From: Octopus bimaculoides
Taxonomy: Eukaryota
Direction of reading: 5' to 3'
Assembly (NCBI RefSeq): GCF_001194135.2
Contig: NC_068983.1
Span: forward strand, 165,898,637 to 165,962,636
Length of the DNA: 64,000 nt
The notes under the pieces were generated by a model that saw only the letters and a list, made by a program, of their open reading frames with translations, was not told where the DNA came from and searched no databases. A program made the translations under genes and the position numbers. This document shows positions 54,074 through 64,000 of the stretch, piece by piece (position 1 is the stretch's first letter; the number at the start of each line of letters is the position of its first letter).

Positions 54074-55290
54074 CGAGTGGTGTGTTCATTAAAGATTTCC
54101 CCTGACCCACTTCCCAAGAACTGGGATAAATGAAACTTGGCATAATTATTAGTCCTTCCCTACATGGCCACCACCGATGGTGACACACTTCTCCCATCAC
54201 TATATGCAGCTGTGAAGACCTCGTCTGTAGAAGTTGGTAGGTTGTGTCTGGAGCCAAGACTTTACCTTGGAAACAAGTTCATTATCATCTGAAAAGTGGT
54301 GGAAGTCAGATGGTGCAAGGTTGGGAGAGTAAGGGGGATGAGGAAGGATTTCATAGCTGCTGGAGTGTGCTTCATCTGGGCAACATGCACATTGCAAACT
54401 GAGGTGTTGTCTTGGAGGAGATGGACTCCTTTTGTCAGTTTGCCATGCCTCTCTGCTTTAATGGCATCTTGCAATTTCTGCAGCAGAAATATACCTCATT
54501 AACTGTGGTGTGCTTTGCCAGAAAATCCATCATCACAACTCCACGCTGGTCCCAAAAGACTGAGCACCACCTTGCCTGCTGAGGGTTGGACACGAGCCTT
54601 CTTTGAAGGTGGTGAGTTATCATGCTTCCATTGCTTCAACTATAGTCTCAGAATTATAGTGATGTATCCATGTCTCATCTTGTGTGATAAGACTGCTGAA
54701 AAAGTCTTCGTTTTCTTGGCACGTTGTCAAAAGAGCCTGGGAGCAATTGACTCGTTAAAGGTGTGAGTATCCGGGGAATCTACCATGCAGATAACTTCCA
54801 CGTGCAAATGGTCATGAATCATTTTTTTTTCCCACAGACCCTACACTTGTCTTCACTTCTTGCGCTAGTTGCCAAATAGTTATGTGGCAATCCTCCAAAA
54901 TGGCAGCTTCCACTTTATTGATGATGTCATCATCAATGGCAGAATGTAGTTACCCAGGAATAGGAGCAGTTTCCACCAATGTCCAGCTGCATTTGAACTG
55001 GCGATGCCAGTGTTTGACTACGTCATATGATGGTGCATCGTCACCATAAACTTCTTTCATCTCATCAAAAGTCTCTTTTGGTTTATGACCTTTCAAGTAT
55101 AAGAGCCTGATCACTGATCTGCATTCGTCTGCCTCCATTTAATAATACCTTAGTCCACTTCTGAAGCCGTAAAAGACAAACGAATACTAGTGGAAAGCTG
55201 CAATTTACAATGCAACATGTAGAAACATGTATAATTATACTTGGAACAAGTTCCGTTTCCTGCAATAACTGGAAGTAAGTCGGGGGAAAT
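54074..55290 (-). mobile_element. Near full-length decayed mariner transposon, one TIR truncated by an adjacent LINE fragment
   Basis: Frameshifted MEADECRSVIRLLYLKG...YGDDAPSY, ITQDETWIHHY, SVFWDQRGVVMMDFL, LLQDN, HPPYSPNLAPSDF; TA-CGAGTGG TIR at 54072-54110 with a partial mirror at about 55270-55290. Confidence 0.88.
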
Positions 55291-56070
55291 CTGGAAGTCT
55301 GGACCAATCCAAACTCCAAGTAGCTTAACAGGACCTTTTGTCCAACACTCCACAACGTTATTGGACGCCATCGGCTTGATCCTCCAGATGCTGAGTTGCA
55401 AACTAACCAACCTGTCCTTGTTAACCTTTGCTCCTGCCACCGCCTCCTAACTTCTGGGTCCTTCCTGATCAACATCACCACCCCTCGTCTCGCAGACTTG
55501 GGAATTCTCCCATTCTGCTGCCAATAGGTGTAGACAATGGCCAACAGGTGCTCGAACAAGTCTGGCATACTTTTATAAAATTCATAGGGTAGACCATCAA
55601 GACCCGGTGACTTCTCCCCGGGGCATTTGCCTAGTACCTTGATCACCTCCTCGGCTGTAATTGGCCCTTCGCAGCACTCAGCATCTCGGGCCACCGGACA
55701 GGAAGTCCCTAAGGGCCTCACCATGATCCAGCGTCCCACCCCTCCCAAATAACTCAGTGAAGTACTTGTAAAGTGCCTCACACATCATGTCTTGTCCGTC
55801 GACTGAACTCCCATTGTCATCAACAAGAGACTTTATTGTGACATCATTGCCACACTGGGTTTCTACCGTACGGGCCCATCCGACAGCATTAATTCCCTCA
55901 CGGCCCAATATGCGCACTTTAGCCCGGACTCTGCACCCCTCGTGTTTGGCTTTGAGGTGACGGTCCAAGGCCATTCTCGCTGCCAGAATGTGGGATGTAG
56001 AGCCCAACCTCAATGCCTCCTCTAAGTCCTTAACTAGCTGCCATTCTATTCTAGTCTTAGCTAGTGGCTC
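55291..56070 (-). mobile_element. Tx1/L1-clade LINE ORF2 fragment with RT core deleted
   Basis: CEGPITAEEVIKVLGKCPGEKSPGLDGLPYEFY...GVVMLIRKDP joined directly to the post-RT motif AGAKVN...KLLGVWIG. Confidence 0.85.
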
Positions 56071-56739
56071 CCCTAATGGGGAGGGGCACAAAAATTAGTT
56101 GCAGGCTAATGTCAATGACAGGATATAATGCATGGCTGTCATAACATTTCATATGCCATTAGCATAGCAATAAGGGTTTCAAATTTTAGTACAAGGCCAG
56201 CACTTTGGGGGAGGGGGTAAGTCAATTACATCAACCCCAGTATTCAACTGGTACTTGTTTTATCAACCCCAAAAGATGAAAGGCAAAGTCAACTTCAGTG
56301 GAATTTGAACTCAGCATTTTGACTGGTGTGCTAATAATTCTACCAGCTTTGCCACCTTTTATGGCAAAGCAATATTGTCTGGAGAAATTCCTCATGTAAA
56401 TATTTCTTTTCATATTATAAACTATTGTTTATATCCACCCAACCACGGAAGATGATAATCATATTCTGAAATGAACCATGTCAAAGGAAAGGAAACCATT
56501 CAACTACAAAATGTTTTCTTGAAACAAACAAAAACAGAAAAATTATAATTTGCATAATTTGGCAATTTTAGATGTTTTTACACTATTTTGTTTTTTAATC
56601 CAGTTCTGAGATGAAAATGGAATCCATTCTCAACCAGAAGACAATAGAAACTGGCATGGTTCTTCTTGCAATTCTTCAAAGTATTGATGTTTATATAAAA
56701 GTTTCCTGTTTCCTTAAATAGTTCTTTGTATTTCTATTG

Positions 56740-57060
56740 AGCTCTGCGACATCTTTTGTACTGCAGAGACTGAGTAGCAGAGGGAAGACAAAGCAATGCT
56801 TCTCACTAAAATGGTCTGCTTTGCCACCGTCACAGGGGTCTTGTACACTCATCAGACCATAACAAATTTCAATCATCCCATTCTTGTTCTCAGGTAGTCG
56901 AATGTCTTCCATAGAATCCATGGTGCTTCTGAGTCAAGAGGGAAATCATTAGCAGGAGAGATCTCCATGTCAATTGGAGAAGAGTTCTTCTTGAGTTTTT
57001 CCATCCAGAGATATTGTTAGGTGTTAGGCATGGCTGAGGTTGTTTTTTCCTTGGTTTCAA
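56740..57060 (-). mobile_element. Ingi/Vingi-like LINE C-terminal remnant
   Basis: One frame reads ...ANDFPLDSEAPWILWKTFDYLRTRMG*LKFVMV, followed by a frameshifted DPCDGG..DH, resembling the W..LNRLRTG.G...C.CG..QT..H tail; recognised from memory. Confidence 0.5.
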
Positions 57061-58870
57061 TCATTGAACCAGGCATTGATGTCCATGGAAGAGGTAGCAT
57101 TTATCACTAGTAACTTTTGCTATCTTGACTCAAGTATAGTTCAACAAATTGAGTCATTCATTTCACATTTGTGACTCAGTCTCAGATCATGGTATCTTAG
57201 GCTTTTGGTTGACTTCAATATTTTTAAATAGATTGGGTAAATGTGACAAATCCTGTCAAATGGATTGTATCTGTAATTCCTAGGTCACACTATCTGTCTT
57301 TTTACTGACTCCATGAGCCATTAAGTCAACGCTTATGTTTGGTTCTTGTGGCATTAAGTGGAGGAGAGAGAAATTTACCTCTTAATAAGATGCCAGTCTT
57401 TTACAGGTAACTTCCTTTCAGATGGGAATTAAACTTCACACTTGAATGTACCTCCTCCTCCTCTTCAGTTTTATTGTCTACAGTCTTAAATTACACTAAC
57501 CTGATGACGCCTCTATGCAGCCTCCTAATCTTGAAATAGTAACCAAATTCCCACACATTCCACCCTATTGTGTTAAAGCAAGTAGAACCCAGTTGTAGTT
57601 TTAGCCATATAAAATGACAGAATGGGCAGAGCTGGAATGCTTATGATCATAGGTCTGTTTGATCAGAGCTGACCTGGGGTTAAACAACAACCACTCACTC
57701 GTAGTTGGGAAACCTTAAATGGGGAGGTCAAGTGTTTGAGCCATCAATGCATGTGGTGGTTCTTGTTGCTGGACACAAACCACTGATCCATCTTTCAGTT
57801 GGTTTGTCCCATCTCACTCTTTGACTTCTTCAAACATTCATCATTTGTTCCATAAAACAATGTTTAGGACAAGAAACAAAGGACTCTGCTATTGATACAT
57901 GTTGTGTCCTTTGCTTGCAGTCCTCCATGAAAGCACATCTGGGCTTTTCAACATGTTGCTTAATCTTTATAAAGAAAAGGATATTCAAACAGGGTTCAGT
58001 TGTTTCCAGTTCACTCAATGTAACCATGTTTGGGCTGTTTGTTGTCCAATAGACTAAGGAATTAATACTTTACTTAGAAACGGGTGAGAGTTGGTGACAT
58101 GAAGAACATTCCACCGCATAAAATCTGCCTCAACAAATTCTGTCTGACCCATGTAAGCATAGAAAAGTGAGCATTAAAACCATCGTGATAATGGTTGTTA
58201 AATTTTTACTCACTTATTAAGTATTCACTATAATCTACTGCAAATTTCTATTGTGCAGTTTAACTGGATTTGGGCTTCCAACCACAGAAACCAAACCAAC
58301 TGTAGTTCTCGAGGGGATGGCGCTGTGAGGATCCATCCATTCTATAACATGGAATGTGGACATAAGATGATTATCTGAATTGTTAATGTCAGTCATAAAT
58401 GTTGAGGTGACTAAAGGATTTTTTATCAGCTCTGTAGGCAAGATCCTTTTAAACTCTCCCTAGCTCAGTCCATCTTACCACAGATAGGTGCCATTTTGGT
58501 GGCTGAGTGGCTTTAATCCTTGACTCTGTTATGGATCCAATGTCCGTGTCCCTTTGTTGTGTATTGTTTGTATTTATCCAGCTATTTGAAGGAATAACAA
58601 CCAGACCATCTGAGGATGTTTCTTACAATAGACTATCATCCTGATCCGTATTGGAGATCCTTCGATTGTTCTCTGCCATTTAACACATCCTACATTTAAC
58701 ACATGCAGAATAAATCTCCAACTTGTAAATCCATGCAATCCAGGGAGTAATTAAGTTGGTAATTCATAAAACCCACAAGAACTCAACTATAGAACATACA
58801 AAGTGCCTTTTATTGTTGTCTCACATGTTATCCAGTTGATGGGTGGGCAGTGTTATATTCCCTTATTTAA

Positions 58871-59288
58871 CCCTCTTTTCTACCAAATTTCTATTAAAAA
58901 ATGCTCCCTTTTTTGTTTCAGTAAATTATGAAAATAATGAATTTAGTAAAATATTCTTGTCAGTATTAAGCTGGGGTTTGGAATATGAATTAAGCTTTTT
59001 TATACCAACCTACATGAAACTAACCCTAATTCTATGATATCAGTTTCTCATCTTAAAATGATCCAAATTTTCTCCTTCCAATAAAATTCCATGTAGAGTT
59101 ATGTTCCAAACATCATCTTAAGGTCAAAGTTAACTTTGCTATATTCTTCATTATTTTTTGAAGTTAATTGAAACAAATTCAGTGTATTTCATCAGAAATG
59201 GTTAACTGGAAGATTTTGAGATAATTTTAAAATAGGAAATTTCTATCCTAGAACCAGGGCTGTCTCAGGCAGGTTGATATTAAAAGGG
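58871..59288. mobile_element. piggyBac-type (TTAA-flanked) MITE remnant
   Basis: TTAA-CCCTCTTTT at 58867 and AAAAGGG-TTAA ending 59292. Confidence 0.5.
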
Positions 59289-60109
59289 TTAATGGATGTA
59301 TATGTTTCTTTTTCTTTTTTTTGCAAATTTCAAGATGGATTGATTATTCCTTATTCAGATAATATGTGGAAAGGAAAAAGCTTAGAGTGAATTGCTTGAA
59401 GAATTTTGGGTTGTTTGATTTTTTTTACATAAGAGAATTGTTTCTTGTATAGTTCTACAGTTCTTTTATTTTTTCTTTTAAATTCCTTTATTATAAACGT
59501 ACAATAAAATGCTTAATGACTTCTCAGTGCCAATTATTTTTTTCCTCTCCAATTGTGATACTTAAATGCTTTCTTTTGAAACAATTATATTTTTTTGATA
59601 ATAAAATGCAGTGATATCGTTTACAATTAATTAGAACAATTTCAAATTCTTCTTCATATATTTCTATTTTTTATTTGTAAAAATGAATAATAGAAATAAT
59701 TAAAAGAAAAGTGTAATTTTCTATACTTTTGAAGTAAAAATAACACCAATTGTTGTTGTTTATTATTATTAATATTATTATTGGAAGCAGACCTGCAATA
59801 TATGTTTTTTATAAGCTTGTAAATTCCTGAAAAAAAAATGACAATAGATCATTTTGCAGATTTGATTGCCATTCCCATGCTTCTATGGAACTAATACAAA
59901 GAGATGAATATATTTTTGTGCTGTGTTTTTAATTTTTTTTACAATTTCCCTGTTTGGGTGGTGAGAAAAAAACCCTTTGCCTGTTGAAATTTTTTTTTTT
60001 TTTTTAAGTGGCAGCTTTTAAAAGTATTTAAACTTGGACTCCATCAATTTGGTTGTGATAGCAGCATTTATGGCTGTTTGTTTCCCAACATAAGCATTCT
60101 TCTGATTTA

Positions 60110-60720
60110 AAATAAAGCAAAAAAGCTTCCACCTCTTCATTGATGAAGCGTCCCTAGCACTGGATGTGAGCCACAAGTTGGAACAAGTATTAATCCAAGG
60201 AAGTTAGGTTCGGACTATATGCTGGGTGGGGAATCCTTTCAATTCCCTCAAGTTCTTGGAGTTTATGTTGGGTCGCTGGAATGGTATGAGGTCTTGAGTT
60301 GTCTCGCTGCAGAAAAGTTTGTTTTCTGTTAACCAATGCCGGGTATTTTTTGCCACACAATGGCATACATCAGTGAGATGCCAAACTCACCAGATTTGCA
60401 TCTCTGGCTTGGAGCACATCCTTGGAATCCAGTTTTAGGTCTACTTCACTTTGTCTGATCATCAAGGTTCTTGCAACACAAAATCTCTTGAACTGTCTGG
60501 CTATTTATGTTATGATCGACTGTGCCTTCACCTGTTTGTGGTTGCATCTGTGGCATTATGGCCCACTTTGAAATTGTAAAACATAAGTTCCTGAACTAGA
60601 CAACATTGCACATTCATCTGTGTGGCTTTCAAATCACACATGTCTGCTCACCAACTACTATGATACTATAAACCTCAGCAGCTACCTTCCATGGCTTGAA
60701 CTCCTTTGGTCATGTGATAT
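60110..60720 (-). mobile_element. Decayed mariner transposase fragment
   Basis: Minus frame KYPALVNRKQTFLQRDNSRPH...IPHPAYSPNL matches mariner PALVNRK..LLHDNARPH...HPPYSPDL. Confidence 0.75.
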
Positions 60721-60752
60721 ATACATCACAAACTAGCACTTATGCAAATATT

Positions 60753-60965
60753 CTTTTCTACTCTAGGCACAAGGCCCGAAATTTTTGAGGAGGGAGCCAG
60801 TTGATTAGATCGACTCCAGTACGCAACTGGTATTTAATTTATCGACTCAAAAAGGATGAAAGGCAAAGTTGACCTCGGCAGAATTTGAACTCAGAACATA
60901 AAGACAGACGAAATACTGCTAAGCATTTTACCAGGCGCGCTAACGTTTCTACGAGCTCACCACCT
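60753..60965 (-). repeat. Full-length SINE family A copy with 19-bp TSD
   Basis: TAGCACTTATGCAAATATT (60734-60752) and TAGCACTTGTGCAAATATT (60966-60984) flank the copy. Confidence 0.85.
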
Positions 60966-61454
60966 TAGCACTTGTGCAAATATTATAAAATTTTTGACTT
61001 AAACTCGATATTTCTAAAAAAACTGATTATATTTCAGATATTTATCATCATCATCATCATCGTTTAACGTCCGTTTTCCATGCTGGCATGGGTTGGGTGG
61101 TTTGACTGGGGTCTGGGAAGCCAGGAGGCTGCACCAGGCTCCAGTCTGATCTGGCAGTGTTTCTACAGCTGGATGCCCTTCCTGACGCCAACCACTCCAA
61201 GAGTGTGTAGTGGGTGGGTTTTATCTGCCACTGGCAGAGGGGGCTGGCAACGACCATGATCGGTTGGTGCTTTTTTTATATACAAACTATTTCTTTGTTT
61301 CTTTCTAAGTTTGTACTAACTTCATTAAAAAATAATTGTGTAGAAATGAATTCATTTTGAAGTGTTTCCATCAATATTGGATTAAGAAGATAATTCAGAA
61401 TTCTGAAATTGATTGTTTAAATGGGAAAATAGGATCTTTGACAGAAGAATTGTC

Positions 61455-61787
61455 CATTATTTACATTTGACGGATATTTGTCCTCATCTTGTTTGTTGTT
61501 AACACATTTTGGTTGATATACCCTCCAGCCTTCATCAGGTGTCTTGGGGAAATTTTGAACCTGGATTCACATTCCTAAGGTATTTTTCAATGTTGTTGTT
61601 GTTGTTCAGGTCACTGCCTGGAATAATAATAACACGGAAAAATACCTTAGGAATGAGAACCGAGGTTCAAAATTTTCCTGAGACACCTGATGAAGGCTGG
61701 AGGGTATATCAGCTGAAACATTGTGTTAACAACAAACATCCATCAAATGTAAATAATGTAAATAATTCCTCATCTCTTAAGTATAGA
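61455..61787. mobile_element. Palindromic (foldback) non-autonomous element with minimal hammerhead motifs in both arms, flanked by a 14-bp TSD
   Basis: Arms 61456-61588 and 61637-61757 are reverse complements. Direct repeat ACAGAAGAATTGTC at 61441-61454 and 61788-61801. GACAC-CTGATGA-A-GGCTG..CAGCT-GAAAC-ATT-GTGTT at 61682-61727 (+), with a decayed mirror copy at 61501-61543 (-). Confidence 0.8.
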
Positions 61788-64000
61788 ACAGAAGAATTGT
61801 CATCATCATTATCATTGTTTTAATGTCCACTTTTCCCTGCTTGCATGGATAGGACGGAATTTACTGACACAGATTTTCAAAGTCTGGATGCTGTTCCTGT
61901 TGCCAACCTTCACCTGCTTCCAGGGCAAGGTAATATTCCCCCCTCAGCCAGACATGCTATCATAGAAGATTGTAAATGAACAATGGTGTATGATGATGAT
62001 CCTCATTTACAGATATCTCATGATGTCAAGACAAAGGTACCCACAGTCACACATACCCCAAACATGTGTGATGCAGATGTGGATGTGCAGCTAAGAAGCT
62101 TGCTTCCCAACCATGTGATGCCAATAAAATGAAGTAAAAGTCCGAACCAGAACTGTCAGTAGGTATTCAATAACTTTAACCATACATATATAGCAATAAC
62201 ACAGGAGATAAAAAAAACAGTTTTATTTTGGATAGAAGATAAAACCCAATATAACTACAACACGCATGCTACAGCATCTTGCCTTTCAATTATGTATATA
62301 CATTTAGTATGATATACTAATTTAATGCTGTTTTGTGGACAAGTTTTCTGCAGCCTGGCAAGCTTTCTGCAATATCAGTGAATGTCTCATTATTTTTTGT
62401 TTTTTATACATTGGAGGAGAATGGATTTTCATTTGGGCAGGTAACAACCAGGTACACATCATCGACATGGTCCAAGAAGGTCAAAATGTGTCTGGCATTC
62501 TTGTGAGTAACTGCCAGGATAATGTTCACCTCACTGCAATACTTAGTGATTTTAAATCAATGTATCTAGGAACAGATTTACTCTCAGACAAAAACCATAA
62601 CATCATGCCTTTCAGTGGTGTATGTACAATAGGTATGGTACACAGATGTGTGTTGTGTGTGCACGTGATAATTGTGTTATATCTGTTTGAATAAATAACT
62701 GTTTAAGCTGTGTTTTTCTTATTATCATCTTTATACATAAAAGGCAGGATGTGTGTGTGTACGTGAATGTAATTTATGCACGTCCACAAATTAGTATGCA
62801 TGTCGCTCCAATTTTAGGAGGACATTCGTCATGACCCTAGCTGCATTTTCATCAATTTATTTTTCCCAGAGGCACCAGCGAATAGCAGTAAAAATAAATT
62901 TTCAACGAAAACTTTTAATAATTTTCAAATTGGAGAAATCCACAATTGTTTACAAACAGGAGTTAAGTCCCCTTCTAGCGACGAGTAAGTTTTTGTTAAG
63001 ACTTTTGTTGGTTTTTTTTTTCCATTGAGGAAAAAATGTTTTGTTGATATACGGGCAACACACACACGAACATGTATGTGTACAAAAAATATGTATGCTA
63101 ATGGTGTATGTACGTGTGTGTTGCCTATNNNNNNNNNNNNNNNNNNNNNNNNNNNNNNNNNNNNNNNNNNNNNNNNNNNNNNNNNNNNNNNNNNNNNNNN
63201 NNNNNNNNNNNNNNNNNNNNNNNNNNNNNNNNNNNNNNNNNNNNNNNNNNNNNNNNNNNNNNNNNNNNNNNNNNNNNNNNNNNNNNNNNNNNNNNNNNNN
63301 NNNCTCAATCAAATTTAATTTATCAAAAATTAAAATTAAATTAAGTTTCACAGTATATAATATATAAATATATAATTTAGAGAAAAGAACCAAAGTTCAT
63401 GAACTCATCCATGAAAATCCAGTCACATATAGAAAAATTTAATAAGTAACAAAAAATATTCCTTTCTAGATGGAATGGGGATATCCTTCAAAGATGAATT
63501 CCAAAACAGCAGCTCTATTCTACCTGTAAATTCCATAACTAATGAAAATTAGAAGTTAAATACAAACAATAGACATTATACATACACTTAAGACTTCGTT
63601 GTGATCTGAACAGAACCACTTCTGACAGAGAATCGGGAGCCCTTTTGAGCATTCTATTTTTCTTGCTGGAAGGGTTCCCGACCCATGTGCAAAGAGGGGT
63701 TAGATGATGGGGGTGGTGTTTTCAAAGGGCTGGCATGTGTAACCTGATCACCTCTGCCAATCAAACTCCCAACCCATGAGCTCCCGTCGCGACTCTGATT
63801 CTGCCCAAATTTGACGTCGATGTTACTTAGTTTGGTTTGAAAGAAAGAACTTGATTAGCTCAATAATCCTAACTTAATCCCGGGCAAAGCCAGGCTATAC
63901 TGCTACTTAGACATATATCTCCCTTGTTTTTACATGGTTTTTGATTTACACTTGACTGATGGACCTAATCAGTCATGTAGTCCCAGGGTCAGCTGTACAA

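Noticed and set aside
57495-57545. CTGATGA...GAAA spacing reminiscent of a hammerhead
   Set aside because: Stem II does not pair and no stem III/NUH can be drawn.
63876-63910. Possible Helitron 3' hairpin (CCGGGCAAAGCCAGG...)
   Set aside because: Terminal CTRR is degenerate and no 5' end was identified; too weak to call.
52824-64000. TCP1 overlapping the ACAT2 3' end as in mammals
   Set aside because: No CCT-alpha-like peptide was found on the minus strand; 53150-53400 has a GTAAGT donor but its frames stop early and resemble nothing recognisable.

Overview
Eukaryotic, AT-rich, gapped scaffold; the SINE/LINE repertoire and microsatellite density suggest an Octopus (coleoid cephalopod) genome (inference, not confirmed). 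Two housekeeping genes sit head-to-head, about 2.7 kb apart (ATG to ATG). (1) PPIL4 (cyclophilin-RRM-RS/K protein) is on the minus strand, ATG 34474 to TAA 8816. Twelve coding exons were traced with GT-AG boundaries; splice phases are consistent except that one exon (exon 11) is missing, probably in the N-gap 12820-13732. (2) Cytosolic acetyl-CoA acetyltransferase/thiolase (ACAT2) is on the plus strand, ATG 37146 to TGA 52823: 9 exons, 1179 nt, 392 aa, all catalytic motifs intact. The rest is intronic/intergenic DNA with tRNA-derived SINE families, RTE, CR1, Tx1/L1-like and Ingi/Vingi-like LINE remnants, four mariner remnants, hAT/piggyBac-type MITEs, mini/microsatellites and nine N-gaps. No rRNA, tRNA gene or CRISPR array was seen. 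Most long ORFs in the supplied track are artefacts of N-runs or microsatellites. Top finding: a 333-bp palindromic insertion (61455-61787) with a 14-bp target-site duplication, whose arms carry oppositely oriented minimal hammerhead-ribozyme motifs. Also notable are a separate near-complete type I hammerhead (about 9925-10036), an SRE+CCAAT module upstream of ACAT2, inverted repeats flanking the ACAT2 catalytic exon, and a candidate poison micro-exon in PPIL4. All alignments were done by eye; no database searches or folding programs were run.
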